A stretch of DNA of 64,000 nt from Candidatus Uhrbacteria bacterium (GCA_016219925.1 JACRJU010000013.1:980-64979); one strand, 5' to 3'; positions 1 through 10,438 are shown, counted from the stretch's first letter. Notes: generated by a model from the sequence alone, not told the origin. Translations and numbers: made by a program.

Positions 1-696
1 CCCGGCCTCGGCGAGCATATGCTCCGTTTCGCCGATGACGCGACTGACATACGCGCCTTTTTCACGGACCTTGATGTCCATGATGCTCTTCATGCGCTCG
101 TAATCCTTTGGCTTCAGATACGCGAAGGAGTAGTCTTCAAGCTCGCCCTTGATTTCGCTCATGCCGAGTCGGCCGGCGATGGGCGCATAAATTTCAAGCG
201 ATTCGCGCGCGATGCGTTCTTGTTTATGTTTGGGTTGACCGTAGAGTGTTTGCAGGTTATGAAGGCGATCGGCGAATTTCATGAACACCACGCGCACATC
301 ACTTGCCATCGCCAGAAACATTTTGCGCAAGTTTTCGGCATAGCGTTCTGTTCCGCGGTATTTCACCGTGCGCTTGAGCTTGGTGACACTATCGACAAGC
401 GAAGCAATATCATCACCAAACTCCTCTTTGAGGACATCCAATTCGACAGCGCTATCCTCGATCACATCATGCAGGAGTCCAGCCGCGACCACATTAATAT
501 GAAGTCCCATTTCGGCAAGCGTATAGGCGACTGCGATAGGGTGAGAGATGAATGGTTCACCCGTTAGGCGCACCTCGTCTTTATGAGCTTCTTGTGCAAC
601 CGCAAACGCTCGCCGGAGCAAATCCAAATCCGGGTTGGTATAATGTTTTTGTACTAAAGTTTCAAGCTGGTCGAAGGTGTGAGAAACGTCAGGCAT
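1..696 (-). CDS. relA: RelA/SpoT family (p)ppGpp synthetase/hydrolase, 5' part (runs off window start)
   Basis: Manual translation from ATG at 696: MPDVSHTFDQLE...GEPFISHPIAVA...LLHDVIED...AENLRKMFLAMASDVRVVFMKFADRLHN...LEIYAPIAGRLG, the HD hydrolase domain of RSH proteins. Not in the ORF track because it is truncated. Confidence 0.95.
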   Translation of the reverse strand, partial: MPDVSHTFDQLETLVQKHYTNPDLDLLRRAFAVAQEAHKDEVRLTGEPFISHPIAVAYTLAEMGLHINVVAAGLLHDVIEDSAVELDVLKEEFGDDIASLVDSVTKLKRTVKYRGTERYAENLRKMFLAMASDVRVVFMKFADRLHNLQTLYGQPKHKQERIARESLEIYAPIAGRLGMSEIKGELEDYSFAYLKPKDYERMKSIMDIKVREKGAYVSRVIGETEHMLAEAG

Positions 697-750
697 ATCG
701 CATTGGCTCACAATACCGCTGACAACAGGGTCTGTAAAGATTATTAGATG

Positions 751-779
751 TTGACGAATGGCTGTTTTTTTGGTAGGCT
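751..779 (+). promoter_or_regulatory. sigma70-like promoter
   Basis: TTGACG-17bp-TAGGCT with TG extension, upstream of ORF 803. Confidence 0.5.
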
Positions 780-802
780 AAGCGCACATTCATAACATCG
801 GT

Positions 803-1507
803 ATGCCAGAATCACAACCTGATATGAGATCTTCAACTGAAATGCGATCCGCGATCCCAGAGGGAGTTTTGGATGATGCGGCCACGGTGTCTGAAGAGGA
901 ACGCTTGAAACAGCAAGCCGCGTTTGAAGAAGCCAAAATGACGGATGCGGTTAAGTCTGAAGAGGAAGCTCTACGATTGTCTGCGAGTCTGCGCGAGGGA
1001 AATAAGGAAAAGCCGAAAGTCACAGAGATTCGGGTCACACACGAGTCTCCATCAAAAACATGGAGGACAACAAAAGATTTGACGCAACTCGGTGTGACAG
1101 GCGTGGTTCCGTTGGGAGGCAAAATTGTAAAGCAAGGCGGGTATGGGTTGAGCGCTTTTTTTGCAGGAATTGAAAAAGCCGGCCAACAGGCGCTTAAAAA
1201 ATTTGGATGGCTCAAGTGGGTTCCATTTTTAGGTAACTGGTTGACCAAAGAACCAGAAAAAACTTGGAAAGAAAAAGAACAAGACGAAGAGGCCGCGAAG
1301 AAGGCTGAAAAAGAGGCAGAAAAGAAAGCGGCTGAAGCAAAGAGAACGGCAGCGACGAAGAAGCGCGCGAAAGATTTGCAACAGGCTGGACTTTCGGAAG
1401 ATGTCGCCAACGCGATTCTTGGAACCGCAGGAGCCGAAGGGGAGAGTGCTGGAGGTTCTGCAGGACCTAAACCAGAGGATAAAGCAAAAGAAGAGAAGGC
1501 CGCTTAG
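803..1507 (+). CDS. hypothetical charged (Glu/Lys/Ala-rich) protein with an amphipathic Trp-rich segment
   Basis: 234-aa ORF with upstream promoter, convergent with topA; no recognisable domain. Confidence 0.7.
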   Translation: MPESQPDMRSSTEMRSAIPEGVLDDAATVSEEERLKQQAAFEEAKMTDAVKSEEEALRLSASLREGNKEKPKVTEIRVTHESPSKTWRTTKDLTQLGVTGVVPLGGKIVKQGGYGLSAFFAGIEKAGQQALKKFGWLKWVPFLGNWLTKEPEKTWKEKEQDEEAAKKAEKEAEKKAAEAKRTAATKKRAKDLQQAGLSEDVANAILGTAGAEGESAGGSAGPKPEDKAKEEKAA

Positions 1508-3783
1508 GCCTTCTTTTTTCTCCCCCACGATTTTGTCTTCCCCGTGCGTTTTTTTTCGAGAAGTTCGGCGGCTTCGTCAAGGGTCAGCGTGGCGGGGTCG
1601 CGTTTTTTTCCGATCGAGGCGTTTGTTTTTCCATCGGTCACATAAGGACCGAAGCGGCCTTGTTTAATAAGGATGGTTCCTTTACTCACAGGGTCTTCAC
1701 CAAGCTCTGCGAGTGGCTGGGCCATCTGTTTTTTCAGTTCAGCCGACGTGCGCAACAATTCAACCGCTTGTTCATACGTAATCGATATGGGATCGAAGGG
1801 TTCTTTAATAGACGCGCTGACTTCGCCTGCTTTCACATAAGGACCGAACCTCCCGACCGCAACAGCGATGGCATCGCCTTGCGGCGTTTTGCCGAGATCG
1901 CGTGGGAAGGCAAGACAAGCGAGAGCTTGTTCGAGCGTCACGGATTCCGCATTCATGCCTTTGAGAAGCGAGGCGCTTTTTGGTTTTGGCTTTTTGTCTT
2001 TTTTATCTTGTTCCGAGTATTCGCCGACTTGTACAAACGCTCCGAACCGACCCGTTCTAACAATGACCGGTAGGGCGGTTTGTGGATCTGTGCCAAGGGT
2101 CCGATCGGGCATGATATCTTCTCGGTTCAGTTCTTTCGTTTTGCTTTCGAGATTTTGATGAAAGGGTTGATAAAACTGTTCGAGCATCGGGGCCCACTCG
2201 ATGGTTCCTTCTTCCACATCGTCCAGATTTTTTTCCATCTTTGCTGTGAAGGCGTAGTCGACGATGTTTTGAAAATGTTTGACCAAAAGATCCGTGACGA
2301 TAAGAGCGATGTCCATCGGGAAGAGTTTTTTGTTTTCATCACGTTCCACATAGCCGCGTTCGATGATCGTGCTGATGGTTGGAGCATAGGTGGACGGCCG
2401 ACCAATGCCAAATTCTTCGAGCGCTTTGACGAGTGTGGCGTCCGAGTAGCGTGCCGGAGGTTCGGTGAAGTGTTGGTTGGGAACGATCTCTTTTGTGGCA
2501 ACGGCATCGCCTTGATTGAGGGGAGGCAAGAGCTTTTCTTTCGTGGCTTGATAGACTTTCATGAATCCATCGAATACGACTGTGCTTCCGTTGGCTCGGA
2601 AAAGATACAGGTGTGCCAGAAGATCGACGGCGGTGCGCTCCAGCACAGCTGGAGGAAGCTGTGAAGCGAGCGCGCGGCGCCAGATGAGTTCATAAAGTTT
2701 GGCATCGCGAGGTTCCAGCGTGCCTTTCATCTGATCGGGCGTCGCACTCACATCGGTTGGGCGAATGGCTTCATGTGCTTCCTGCGCGCCTTTGCGAGAA
2801 GTTTTGTATCGTTTAGCTCCGGTAGCATAACGTTTCCCGAAAGCTGATCCGATAAAGGTTTGCGCCTCGCTTAAAAATTTTTCGGCGAGGTTTAAGGAGT
2901 CGGTACGCATGTAAGTGATGCGGCCGGTTTCGTAGAGCTTCTGGGCGAGCGCCATCGTTTGCTTGGCAGAAAAACCCAGCTTGGTATTCGCATCAATTTG
3001 CAAACTAGACGTGGTGAACGGCGGTGGTGGCGCTTTGGTCATCTCTTTCTTTTCGACGGCTGTCACCGTAGCCTTTTTGCCGACAAGATCATCCACGATT
3101 TGCTGGGCCTGCGCTTGTGTTTTGATATCTAGCTTGTCCAGTTTTTTGTCACCGATGGCGGCGAGTTTTGCGGGGAAACTCACACCGGACTTATCAAAGA
3201 GCGCATCGATCGTCCAGAATTCATCAATTTTAAACGCTTCGCGTTCACGTTCGCGTTCGACAATGAGTCGCATCGCGACTGACTGCACACGCCCGGCCGA
3301 AAGGCCGTAGCGCACCTTCTGCCACAAAAACGGCGAGAGCTCATACCCCACGAGCCGATCCAACACCCGTCGGGCCTGCTGAGCGTTCACCACGTTCATA
3401 TTGATCTCGCGAGGATGCGCGACGGCTTCTTCAATCGCCGAGCGAGTGATTTCATGAAAGGTGATGCGCTTGGCTTCTTTGGGATCAAGCCCGATGACTT
3501 GCGCAACGTGCCAGGCAATTGCTTCTCCTTCGCGATCTTCATCCGTTGCCAGAAGAATGTCCTCGGATTTTTTCGCGGCGGCCTTGAGTTCGGTGACATG
3601 TTTTTTGCTGTCGGTGGGAATGGTGTAAGTTGGCTCAAATCCATGCTCCACATCCACGCCGATTTTGCTCTTCGGCAAATCGCGCACATGCCCAAACGAA
3701 GAAAGGACAGTAAAATCCTTCCCAAGAAATTTGGAAATGGTTTTGGCTTTTGTAGGAGACTCGACAATGAGAAGTTTGGGCAT
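1504..3783 (-). CDS. topA: DNA topoisomerase I with C-terminal Topo-C repeats
   Basis: LLIVESPTKAKTI, SFGHVRDLP, ATDEDREGEAIAWH, SAGRVQS, ITYMRTDS; repeated GRFGPYV motifs. Confidence 0.98.
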   Translation of the reverse strand: MPKLLIVESPTKAKTISKFLGKDFTVLSSFGHVRDLPKSKIGVDVEHGFEPTYTIPTDSKKHVTELKAAAKKSEDILLATDEDREGEAIAWHVAQVIGLDPKEAKRITFHEITRSAIEEAVAHPREINMNVVNAQQARRVLDRLVGYELSPFLWQKVRYGLSAGRVQSVAMRLIVEREREREAFKIDEFWTIDALFDKSGVSFPAKLAAIGDKKLDKLDIKTQAQAQQIVDDLVGKKATVTAVEKKEMTKAPPPPFTTSSLQIDANTKLGFSAKQTMALAQKLYETGRITYMRTDSLNLAEKFLSEAQTFIGSAFGKRYATGAKRYKTSRKGAQEAHEAIRPTDVSATPDQMKGTLEPRDAKLYELIWRRALASQLPPAVLERTAVDLLAHLYLFRANGSTVVFDGFMKVYQATKEKLLPPLNQGDAVATKEIVPNQHFTEPPARYSDATLVKALEEFGIGRPSTYAPTISTIIERGYVERDENKKLFPMDIALIVTDLLVKHFQNIVDYAFTAKMEKNLDDVEEGTIEWAPMLEQFYQPFHQNLESKTKELNREDIMPDRTLGTDPQTALPVIVRTGRFGAFVQVGEYSEQDKKDKKPKPKSASLLKGMNAESVTLEQALACLAFPRDLGKTPQGDAIAVAVGRFGPYVKAGEVSASIKEPFDPISITYEQAVELLRTSAELKKQMAQPLAELGEDPVSKGTILIKQGRFGPYVTDGKTNASIGKKRDPATLTLDEAAELLEKKRTGKTKSWGRKKKA

Positions 3784-3803
3784 ATGTTTCTAGCTTCTTA
3801 CTT

Positions 3804-4895
3804 CTATCTTCTAGCGACTTTCCGATAATACTGCCCGCCATCATGCCTGATCATTTCACGCATTTCAAGCATGGTGATTGCGCTGCTGACGTGTGCACTG
3901 GGAAGTTGCGTTTGTCGGATGACTTCATCGATATGATGGGGGACGGTCTCAAGGGCCTGTAAAACGAGACGTTCGTCTTCGTTGCTGGGGATATAACTTG
4001 AGGCCTGTTCAGGCCCGTCTGCTTCCTGTAGGCCGAAGATGTCCGAGGGTTTCGTTACAGGGATCGCTCCCATCTTGATCAGATTATTTGGACCTTCACT
4101 CAAGGGCGAGGTGATTGGTCCGGGCACGGCGTAAACGTCGCGACCGCCTTCCAAAGCGGCGCGCGCGGTGATGAGCGAACCGGATTTGAGCGCGGCTTCA
4201 ATCACAAGGGTGCCATGGCACATGCCCGCGATAATTCGGTTGCGGATAGGGAAGTGATGTTTGAGAGGGCTGGTGCCAAAGGGAAATTCCGAAATCAAGG
4301 CCCCGCCTCTTGCGAGAATGTGCGAGGACAGTGCGCGGTGTTGAGAGGGATAAATACTTTGAGCATCAACGCCGTTTCCAAGGACAGCGACGGTGGTGCC
4401 GCCGGCGTCCAAACAGGTTTGATGCGCGCAGGCGTCGATGCCGTAAGCTAAACCGCTGACGATCACGACCCCTAAACGAGACAAGGGCTCAATGAGCGTT
4501 CGGGCAACGTCTTTTCCATAGCCGCTGGCTTGCCGCGATCCGACCACGGCTAAATGTTTGCGGGTGGGATCGGGGAGTTCACCGCGCACAAACAGGACCG
4601 CCGGCGGATCATAGAGGGTTTTGAGGATCGGCGGGTAGTCTTCGTCTTTCAGAGTGATGGCGCGCGCTCCTTCCGTGTTCAGTCGTTCTAACTCGACTTG
4701 AGGATCAAGATGAATGCGCTCTTGCAGGAATCGGTGAGCCGGTTCCGGTTCAATGCCAGCTTCGAGCAGATCCGTCACCGAAGCTTCGAAGACCGATTTC
4801 ATCGAAGAGAATCGTCGCGACAGTTTAAGCATTCGAACCGGTCCAAAACCGCTAAACCGCGCAAGCGCAAGCCAATATCCGAGATCCTCGCGCAT
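3804..4895 (-). CDS. dprA: DNA processing protein DprA
   Basis: AVVGSR, VSGLAYGID, HFPIRNRIIAG, SGSLITA; adjacent to topA. Confidence 0.97.
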   Translation of the reverse strand: MREDLGYWLALARFSGFGPVRMLKLSRRFSSMKSVFEASVTDLLEAGIEPEPAHRFLQERIHLDPQVELERLNTEGARAITLKDEDYPPILKTLYDPPAVLFVRGELPDPTRKHLAVVGSRQASGYGKDVARTLIEPLSRLGVVIVSGLAYGIDACAHQTCLDAGGTTVAVLGNGVDAQSIYPSQHRALSSHILARGGALISEFPFGTSPLKHHFPIRNRIIAGMCHGTLVIEAALKSGSLITARAALEGGRDVYAVPGPITSPLSEGPNNLIKMGAIPVTKPSDIFGLQEADGPEQASSYIPSNEDERLVLQALETVPHHIDEVIRQTQLPSAHVSSAITMLEMREMIRHDGGQYYRKVARR

Positions 4896-4897
4896 AG

Positions 4898-5437
4898 CTA
4901 GGACGGCGCGATCAATTGTTCAACGTGCTCTGCCGCTTGATTGACGACGGTCTGAAGCATCCGTTGTTCCGAAGCGTTCCATTTTTGTAGCACAAATTCA
5001 TCTAAAGGCATGTCCGGATGTTCCGGGCGGCCGATGCCTACGCGCACCCGAGCAATCGAGGTGCCGGACGGGAGGGCTTCAATAATAGATTGCATGCCGC
5101 GATGTCCTGCCGAAGAGCCCGCAGGTTTGTGTCGGATGTCACCAAACGGAAGATCAGCATCATCGTACACGATGATCAGGTCATGAGCATTCACGGGATA
5201 CTTGCTCAAGATTTTTTGCACGGTTCGTCCGCTGGCATTCATGAATGTTTCCGGTTTGCCCAACAGCACGCGCCCCTCACCAATTTCTCCTTCGCCGATT
5301 TCCGCTTCCAACGATCGTTTGGCCTTGAGCTCGATGTGATGACGTTTTGCAAGCGCATCCATGACTAAAAATCCCACATTGTGTCGGGTGTGCTCGTAGG
5401 AGGGTCCAGGATTTCCAAGGCCGATGATGACGAACAT
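4898..5437 (-). CDS. pth: peptidyl-tRNA hydrolase
   Basis: MFVIIGLGNPG...TRHNVGF...KPETFMNASG...GHRGM; real start is ATG 5437. Confidence 0.96.
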   Translation of the reverse strand: MFVIIGLGNPGPSYEHTRHNVGFLVMDALAKRHHIELKAKRSLEAEIGEGEIGEGRVLLGKPETFMNASGRTVQKILSKYPVNAHDLIIVYDDADLPFGDIRHKPAGSSAGHRGMQSIIEALPSGTSIARVRVGIGRPEHPDMPLDEFVLQKWNASEQRMLQTVVNQAAEHVEQLIAPS

Positions 5438-5438
5438 A

Positions 5439-6806
5439 CTAAGCAGAGACGGAGCGCGCGATGCGAATGTTAAGGCGAATGGGGTTGCCGTCGAGTTTAA
5501 ACGTTTCGAACAGGCGGTTGTTGAGATACCGAATATAGCTGACGTTGAGCGCATCGGTGCGTTTGGCTTTGATGATGAGATCGAATTCGAGGGGGGCGAT
5601 GCTTGTTTGTTTGATGCCAAGGATTTTTGGAATTTGAGGGCCGAAGCCTTTTTTGGGAGTGTGATGAATGGTGGCCTCGCGGATGAAGGCGGCGAGGGCT
5701 TTTTCATCCAGCCATTGATGACGATTATGATCCACACGATTAATCATCTCATAGATATTTCGGACACGCTGTTTGGTCAGAGCCGAGACAAAAATGACTG
5801 GTGCCATCTGCAAGAAGGGGATGGACGCCGCGATGTATTCGCGATAACGGTTCATGGTCGTGGTCGTTTTATCTTCTATGAGATCCCATTTGTTGGCCAC
5901 AACAATAACCCCAGACTTGGAGTCTTTGAGAAATCCTGCAAGCGTTTTTTCTTGAACGCCGATCGGCTCGGAAGCATCAATCACCAACAGAGTGACGTCC
6001 GCGTTTCTAACGACCACCTCATTGCGTTTCACGGCCTCCGCTTCCAGTCCACCCGCTTTTTTGACTTTGGTATTTTTACGCATCCCCGCGGTGTCGATGA
6101 AAATATAATTGCGGTCATTCACACGAACGAGAATGTCGTTGGGTTCGCGTGTGGTGTGCGCGATGGGACTCGTGATGAAGCGTTCTTCGCCAATGAGCGC
6201 GTTGAGAAGCGTTGATTTGCCGACGTTGGGTTTCCCGATCACCGCCACGCGCGTTGCTTGGATTTTTTCTGAAGTGACCGGTGGGGTGCCGGCCTTTTCG
6301 AGTGCCTCGAAAATAAGTTCAAGCAAATCTCCAATGCCAGAACCTCGCGTTGCAGAAACCGCGATAGGAGCGGGGAGGCCCGAGAGCGGCCAGGATTCGC
6401 CCATGACCGCGTGGCGCTCGGCGGGCTTCTCGGCCTTATTAGCAACCACAATCACCGGACACCCAGATTTTTTTAGCGACATCGAGAGGTTTCTTTCTTG
6501 GGGGAGCGGTCCGGTTTTGGCATCCACCACAAAGAGAATCAACTGGGCCTGTTTGATTGCGAGTTTTGCTTGTTTGACGGTATTGCGTTCGATTTCGTCT
6601 TGTTCGGTGACATCCAACCCGCCGGTATCAACCAGGCGGAAAATTCTTCCTCGCCACAGACATTCGCCCTCGTTACGGTCGCGCGTTGTTCCCGCGATAT
6701 CCGAAACCAGCGCTTTGGGTTTTTCAAGCAAACGGTTGAACAACGTGGATTTTCCGACGTTTGTGCGTCCGATGATCGCAACCGTCGGGATTTTTTGGTC
6801 AGACAT
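5439..6806 (-). CDS. der: ribosome biogenesis GTPase Der (EngA)
   Basis: Two tandem G-domains (GRTNVGKS/DTGG/NKAE and GKPNVGKS/DTAG/NKWD); start MSDQK at 6806. Confidence 0.96.
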   Translation of the reverse strand: MSDQKIPTVAIIGRTNVGKSTLFNRLLEKPKALVSDIAGTTRDRNEGECLWRGRIFRLVDTGGLDVTEQDEIERNTVKQAKLAIKQAQLILFVVDAKTGPLPQERNLSMSLKKSGCPVIVVANKAEKPAERHAVMGESWPLSGLPAPIAVSATRGSGIGDLLELIFEALEKAGTPPVTSEKIQATRVAVIGKPNVGKSTLLNALIGEERFITSPIAHTTREPNDILVRVNDRNYIFIDTAGMRKNTKVKKAGGLEAEAVKRNEVVVRNADVTLLVIDASEPIGVQEKTLAGFLKDSKSGVIVVANKWDLIEDKTTTTMNRYREYIAASIPFLQMAPVIFVSALTKQRVRNIYEMINRVDHNRHQWLDEKALAAFIREATIHHTPKKGFGPQIPKILGIKQTSIAPLEFDLIIKAKRTDALNVSYIRYLNNRLFETFKLDGNPIRLNIRIARSVSA

Positions 6807-6883
6807 GGCGCTATTGTAGCGGGTAATGCGCACAAAGAAAAACATGACCACCCGGGTCATGTCAATCACGGGAAGGTTTTTCA

Positions 6884-8470
6884 TCAGTTTCGCACCAGCG
6901 GCGAAGCGTTCTCTCCCAAGATAATCAAGAAGTCGATATTGGGTTCTGTGGCCAGTTTTTCGTAATCTTCTCCTGTGACAGAAATACCATGCGGAACAAT
7001 ATCGCTACTGACCATCCAACCCGTTGCGGAAAGCGTGACATCGGCTTTGAGGAAGTCACGCAGGGCTTTGAGTTCGGATGATCGTGCACCATTGGTGAGA
7101 TCGTAGATCACGGTGTGGGAATAATCGCGCGAAACCGCATTCCCGACTTTGACGACATCAAAGCCTTGACCATCCAAAAGTTGGGAGGTTTTGAGCGCGA
7201 GACCGCCCAGGTTTGTTCCATTTTGAATTTCAATTTTAACAAACTTCGGACGTTCCTCACTGGCATGAGCCAAACGATTTTGTCCGGACTTTTGATTGAA
7301 CACATTTGCCGCAATATCTTGCAAGGGTTTCCAGTCATCATTTTTTGGCAAGAGGACAAAGGCGCCGTTGAGCGTCGTTGAATAGAGTGGAGAATCTTCC
7401 GACGCATCGATGACGCGGTTGGTGATGCGGTCTTCACCCAGAGTCTTGGCGGCACGCGCGAGACGGAGCATCTCGGGCACATCCATGTTTGTGGCGATAT
7501 TTTTTTGGAGCGTTTCCAAAATACGGTTCAGCCGCGCCGGATTCAGGAATGTCGAAACGGAAAACACCTTATCCTTGACCGCTAACAAAACTTTTTGCTG
7601 ACGCGCACTGCGCGCGAAGTCGGATCCCTCGCCGTTGGTTCCATGACGGGAGCGGACGAATTTGAGCGCCGTTGAACCGTCCATATGCATCCAACCTTCT
7701 TGGAATGTGAGTGTTTCAAATCGGCAGGAATAATTCGGGCCACGCGCCGGAGCGATCGGTGGCGCCTCTTCGATCGTAGGGGATTGTTCAGGGGTCGATT
7801 CTGTCGTCTGTTCTGTTAGACTCACGTTTCCGCAAGTGTCGTATTCCCGGCCGAGGGTTGGGTAGGTCGGATCCGTAAATGCGCGATCAATATACACATC
7901 CGCTCCCCCAATATCATTAATCAGCTGTTCAAAGCCGCTGAAGTCCACTCGGATATAATAAGGAATAGATTGATCCAATATCTGACCAATCACCTTGGAC
8001 GCAAGGGGACCTCCCGTTCCGGCTTTATCCATCTCGCCATACGCGTTTGCGTGGTTGACTTTGCTGTAGCCGTATCCTGGAATAGGGACACTCATGTCGC
8101 GTGGCAAAGACATCATGGCAATGTTTCCGCTGGACGGCTGATAGCTCGCCAAAATGATCGTGTCTGTAAGTTGAGGGCCTTCATGACCTTCTCCGCCGAT
8201 GCCCATAAGCAGAATATTCACGCGATCGCTCGTTTCTCCTTTGAGGGCACTGCCTTCGACAAAATGTCGTAGCGTAGAAAAAAGAGAAAGGTTGGGCATG
8301 ACACCGCGGCTGTTGGCGGAACTGCTTACACGATACGAGAATGCGGCGCCAGCCGTGGCCAGAACAATCAAAACAATCGCAAGGGAGCGACCAAAAAAAA
8401 GCAGGGAGCTTTTTTTGGGGTGGTGCAGTTCGTATTTCTGTTTCAAAAAATCAATCTTCAACTTCTCCAT
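6884..8470 (-). CDS. LCP (LytR-CpsA-Psr) family protein with LytR C-terminal domain
   Basis: N-terminal TM; LTDTIILAS, SLPRD, KVNHA, ALKFVRSRH, DFARSARQQ; IEIQNGT C-domain. Confidence 0.92.
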   Translation of the reverse strand: MEKLKIDFLKQKYELHHPKKSSLLFFGRSLAIVLIVLATAGAAFSYRVSSSANSRGVMPNLSLFSTLRHFVEGSALKGETSDRVNILLMGIGGEGHEGPQLTDTIILASYQPSSGNIAMMSLPRDMSVPIPGYGYSKVNHANAYGEMDKAGTGGPLASKVIGQILDQSIPYYIRVDFSGFEQLINDIGGADVYIDRAFTDPTYPTLGREYDTCGNVSLTEQTTESTPEQSPTIEEAPPIAPARGPNYSCRFETLTFQEGWMHMDGSTALKFVRSRHGTNGEGSDFARSARQQKVLLAVKDKVFSVSTFLNPARLNRILETLQKNIATNMDVPEMLRLARAAKTLGEDRITNRVIDASEDSPLYSTTLNGAFVLLPKNDDWKPLQDIAANVFNQKSGQNRLAHASEERPKFVKIEIQNGTNLGGLALKTSQLLDGQGFDVVKVGNAVSRDYSHTVIYDLTNGARSSELKALRDFLKADVTLSATGWMVSSDIVPHGISVTGEDYEKLATEPNIDFLIILGENASPLVRN

Positions 8471-8673
8471 AACAATGGCATTTTAGCGCGTGGTCGCGGA
8501 TGAGACAAGCGCTTGATATTCTCTTAAGAATATGATAGGTTCCTGTGAGTCTGGAGGGAATCTATTAGATCATTCGGACGTTTAGTGCCTTCACCCGATC
8601 ATTCGATCGGGCTCGGGGCTAAACGCCTCGTTCGGAAATGTCTAAGCCTTCGGCTTGTCCATTTCGCTCTCTC

Positions 8674-8750
8674 GGACGTTTAGCTCAGCTGGTTAGAGCG
8701 CTACATTCACACTGTAGAGGTCGGAGGTTCGAGTCCTCCAACGTCCACCA
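8674..8750 (+). tRNA. tRNA-Val(CAC)
   Basis: GGACGTT acceptor stem, anticodon arm CTACA-TT-CAC-AC-TGTAG, GGTTCGAGTCC T-arm, encoded CCA. Confidence 0.95.
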
Positions 8751-8813
8751 TAAAAAAAGAGAACAGGCCAAAGGCCTGTTTTTTGCAACGAGTTGTCCTC
8801 CTTTTCGATATAG

Positions 8814-10061
8814 TTGCAAACAGACACCTTTTATTTTATGCCCGAACAAACTCCTTCCTTACCGCCTGTTGTTTTGCATGCGCTTTCAGGCGCAGTGGGC
8901 GCCCTTGTTATTCTGGTCGTGCTTTGGAGCTTGGCCTCCCAGGGCATTTTGCTAATTCCAACAGCATCGCAAAATCCAACCACGTCTAACCCCTCTGCCC
9001 AAGCGCCAAATGTCACCGCGATGGATGTCAGCGATGTCGTTTCCAAAATCAATCCCGCGGTTGTTTCGATTGTCATCACCAAAGACGTCCCCGTGCTCGA
9101 ACAATATTATGAGGATCCGTTCTCTCAATTTTTTGGCGGAAACTCTTCGTTCCATTTCCGTATTCCCAAGTATCGGCAGAATGGGACTCAACAAAAAGAC
9201 GTCGGAGGCGGGTCTGGGTTTTTTATCTCACGAGACGGCTATGTGGTCACCAACGCGCATGTCGTAAGTGACAAAGAAGCCCAGTACACCGTGTTTTCCA
9301 ACGAGGAAAAAAAGTTTGATGCCAAAGTGGTGGCGGTTGATGACGTTCTAGATATCGCTCTTTTGAAAGTGGAAGGAACAGATTTGCCATTCCTTACTTT
9401 CGGTGACTCGGATCAGGTGCGCTTGGGCCAAGCGGTCATTGCGATCGGCAACGCTCTTGGAGAATTTCGCAACACGGTTTCAACAGGAGTCATCTCCGGG
9501 CTTTCGCGATCCATTGTCGCCTCTTCCGGTCTGCAATCGCAAGAAAATTTGGACAATGTGTTTCAGACGGACGCGGCAATCAACCCGGGCAATTCCGGCG
9601 GCCCGCTTGTGAATTTGGCTGGCGAAGTCATCGGAGTCAATGTGGCGATGGCCTCAAATTCGGAAAACATCGGATTTTCTCTTCCGGCCAATGCGGTCAG
9701 ACAATCCGTGGAGTCGATGAAAACAAACGGCCGAGCGATTCGTCCGTATCTTGGAGTGCGTTATGTCCCAGTGACCGACGCGTTGAAAACACAAAATCAT
9801 TTGAGTGTTGATCATGGAGCGTTAGTTTTGAGGGGTCAGAAAAAAGGAGACCTTGCGGTGATTCCTGGTTCTCCCGCGGATAAAGCCAGTGTAGAAGAGA
9901 ATGACATCATTTTACAGATCGATGGAAAGGATATTGATGAAAAATATTCGCTCACCTCGCTCATTCGGGAGAAAAAGGTCGGCGATGAGGTGTCCCTTAA
10001 AATCCTCCATGACGGTGCGGAAAAGACAATTCGCGTGAAACTGGAAGAATCACCGCAGTAG
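8814..10061 (+). CDS. HtrA/DegP-like serine protease with PDZ domain (start may be 8838)
   Basis: TM, TNAHV, DIALL, QTDAAINPGNSGGPL, C-terminal PDZ. Confidence 0.95.
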   Translation: MQTDTFYFMPEQTPSLPPVVLHALSGAVGALVILVVLWSLASQGILLIPTASQNPTTSNPSAQAPNVTAMDVSDVVSKINPAVVSIVITKDVPVLEQYYEDPFSQFFGGNSSFHFRIPKYRQNGTQQKDVGGGSGFFISRDGYVVTNAHVVSDKEAQYTVFSNEEKKFDAKVVAVDDVLDIALLKVEGTDLPFLTFGDSDQVRLGQAVIAIGNALGEFRNTVSTGVISGLSRSIVASSGLQSQENLDNVFQTDAAINPGNSGGPLVNLAGEVIGVNVAMASNSENIGFSLPANAVRQSVESMKTNGRAIRPYLGVRYVPVTDALKTQNHLSVDHGALVLRGQKKGDLAVIPGSPADKASVEENDIILQIDGKDIDEKYSLTSLIREKKVGDEVSLKILHDGAEKTIRVKLEESPQ

Positions 10062-10092
10062 ACGGAATGGGGGAAAGATATCCGGTCAGGGG

Positions 10093-10121
10093 TTGACAAA
10101 ATGGGTTTTTTGCTCTAAACT
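10093..10121 (+). promoter_or_regulatory. sigma70-like promoter of GC-rich singleton gene
   Basis: TTGACA-17bp-TAAACT. Confidence 0.6.
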
Positions 10122-10154
10122 CATCCTCTGCCTGCCAATCGACATGGTGGGTGA

Positions 10155-10436
10155 ATGGAGGAGATTTTGAAGATTTCGATGGACGACGTGGTGGTGAGTC
10201 TGCTCGAACAGCTCCAGCAGGACGTGCGCGCGGCCAAGCGCAACGGCGATGATTCAGAGATGGATCGCTGTCGCGATCAGGCGCTCATTCTCGTCAAAGC
10301 CCTCGAGCAAGGAACGCCCTCGACCGGCCTGAAGGAGCGCATCGAGCGGATCGTGGAGGACGCGGAGCTCCTGCACACTCTGACCGACCATGCTCGCACG
10401 GCCACGTTCCGGGAAATCTACCCCGTGCTCTACTGA
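10155..10436 (+). CDS. small hypothetical helical protein (GC3-rich class)
   Basis: 93-aa ORF with strongly C/G-ending codons, own promoter and terminator. Confidence 0.7.
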   Translation: MEEILKISMDDVVVSLLEQLQQDVRAAKRNGDDSEMDRCRDQALILVKALEQGTPSTGLKERIERIVEDAELLHTLTDHARTATFREIYPVLY

Positions 10437-10438
10437 TC

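Noticed and set aside
19-567. 182-aa + strand ORF
   Set aside because: Antisense shadow of relA/spoT, which reads with canonical motifs on the minus strand.
4898-6884. Extended N-termini of pth and der in the ORF track
   Set aside because: The extensions overlap or abut neighbouring genes, and family motifs begin at 5437 and 6806. The same applies to track starts 15694, 26362, 35891, 39840, 47579, 50750 and 53404.
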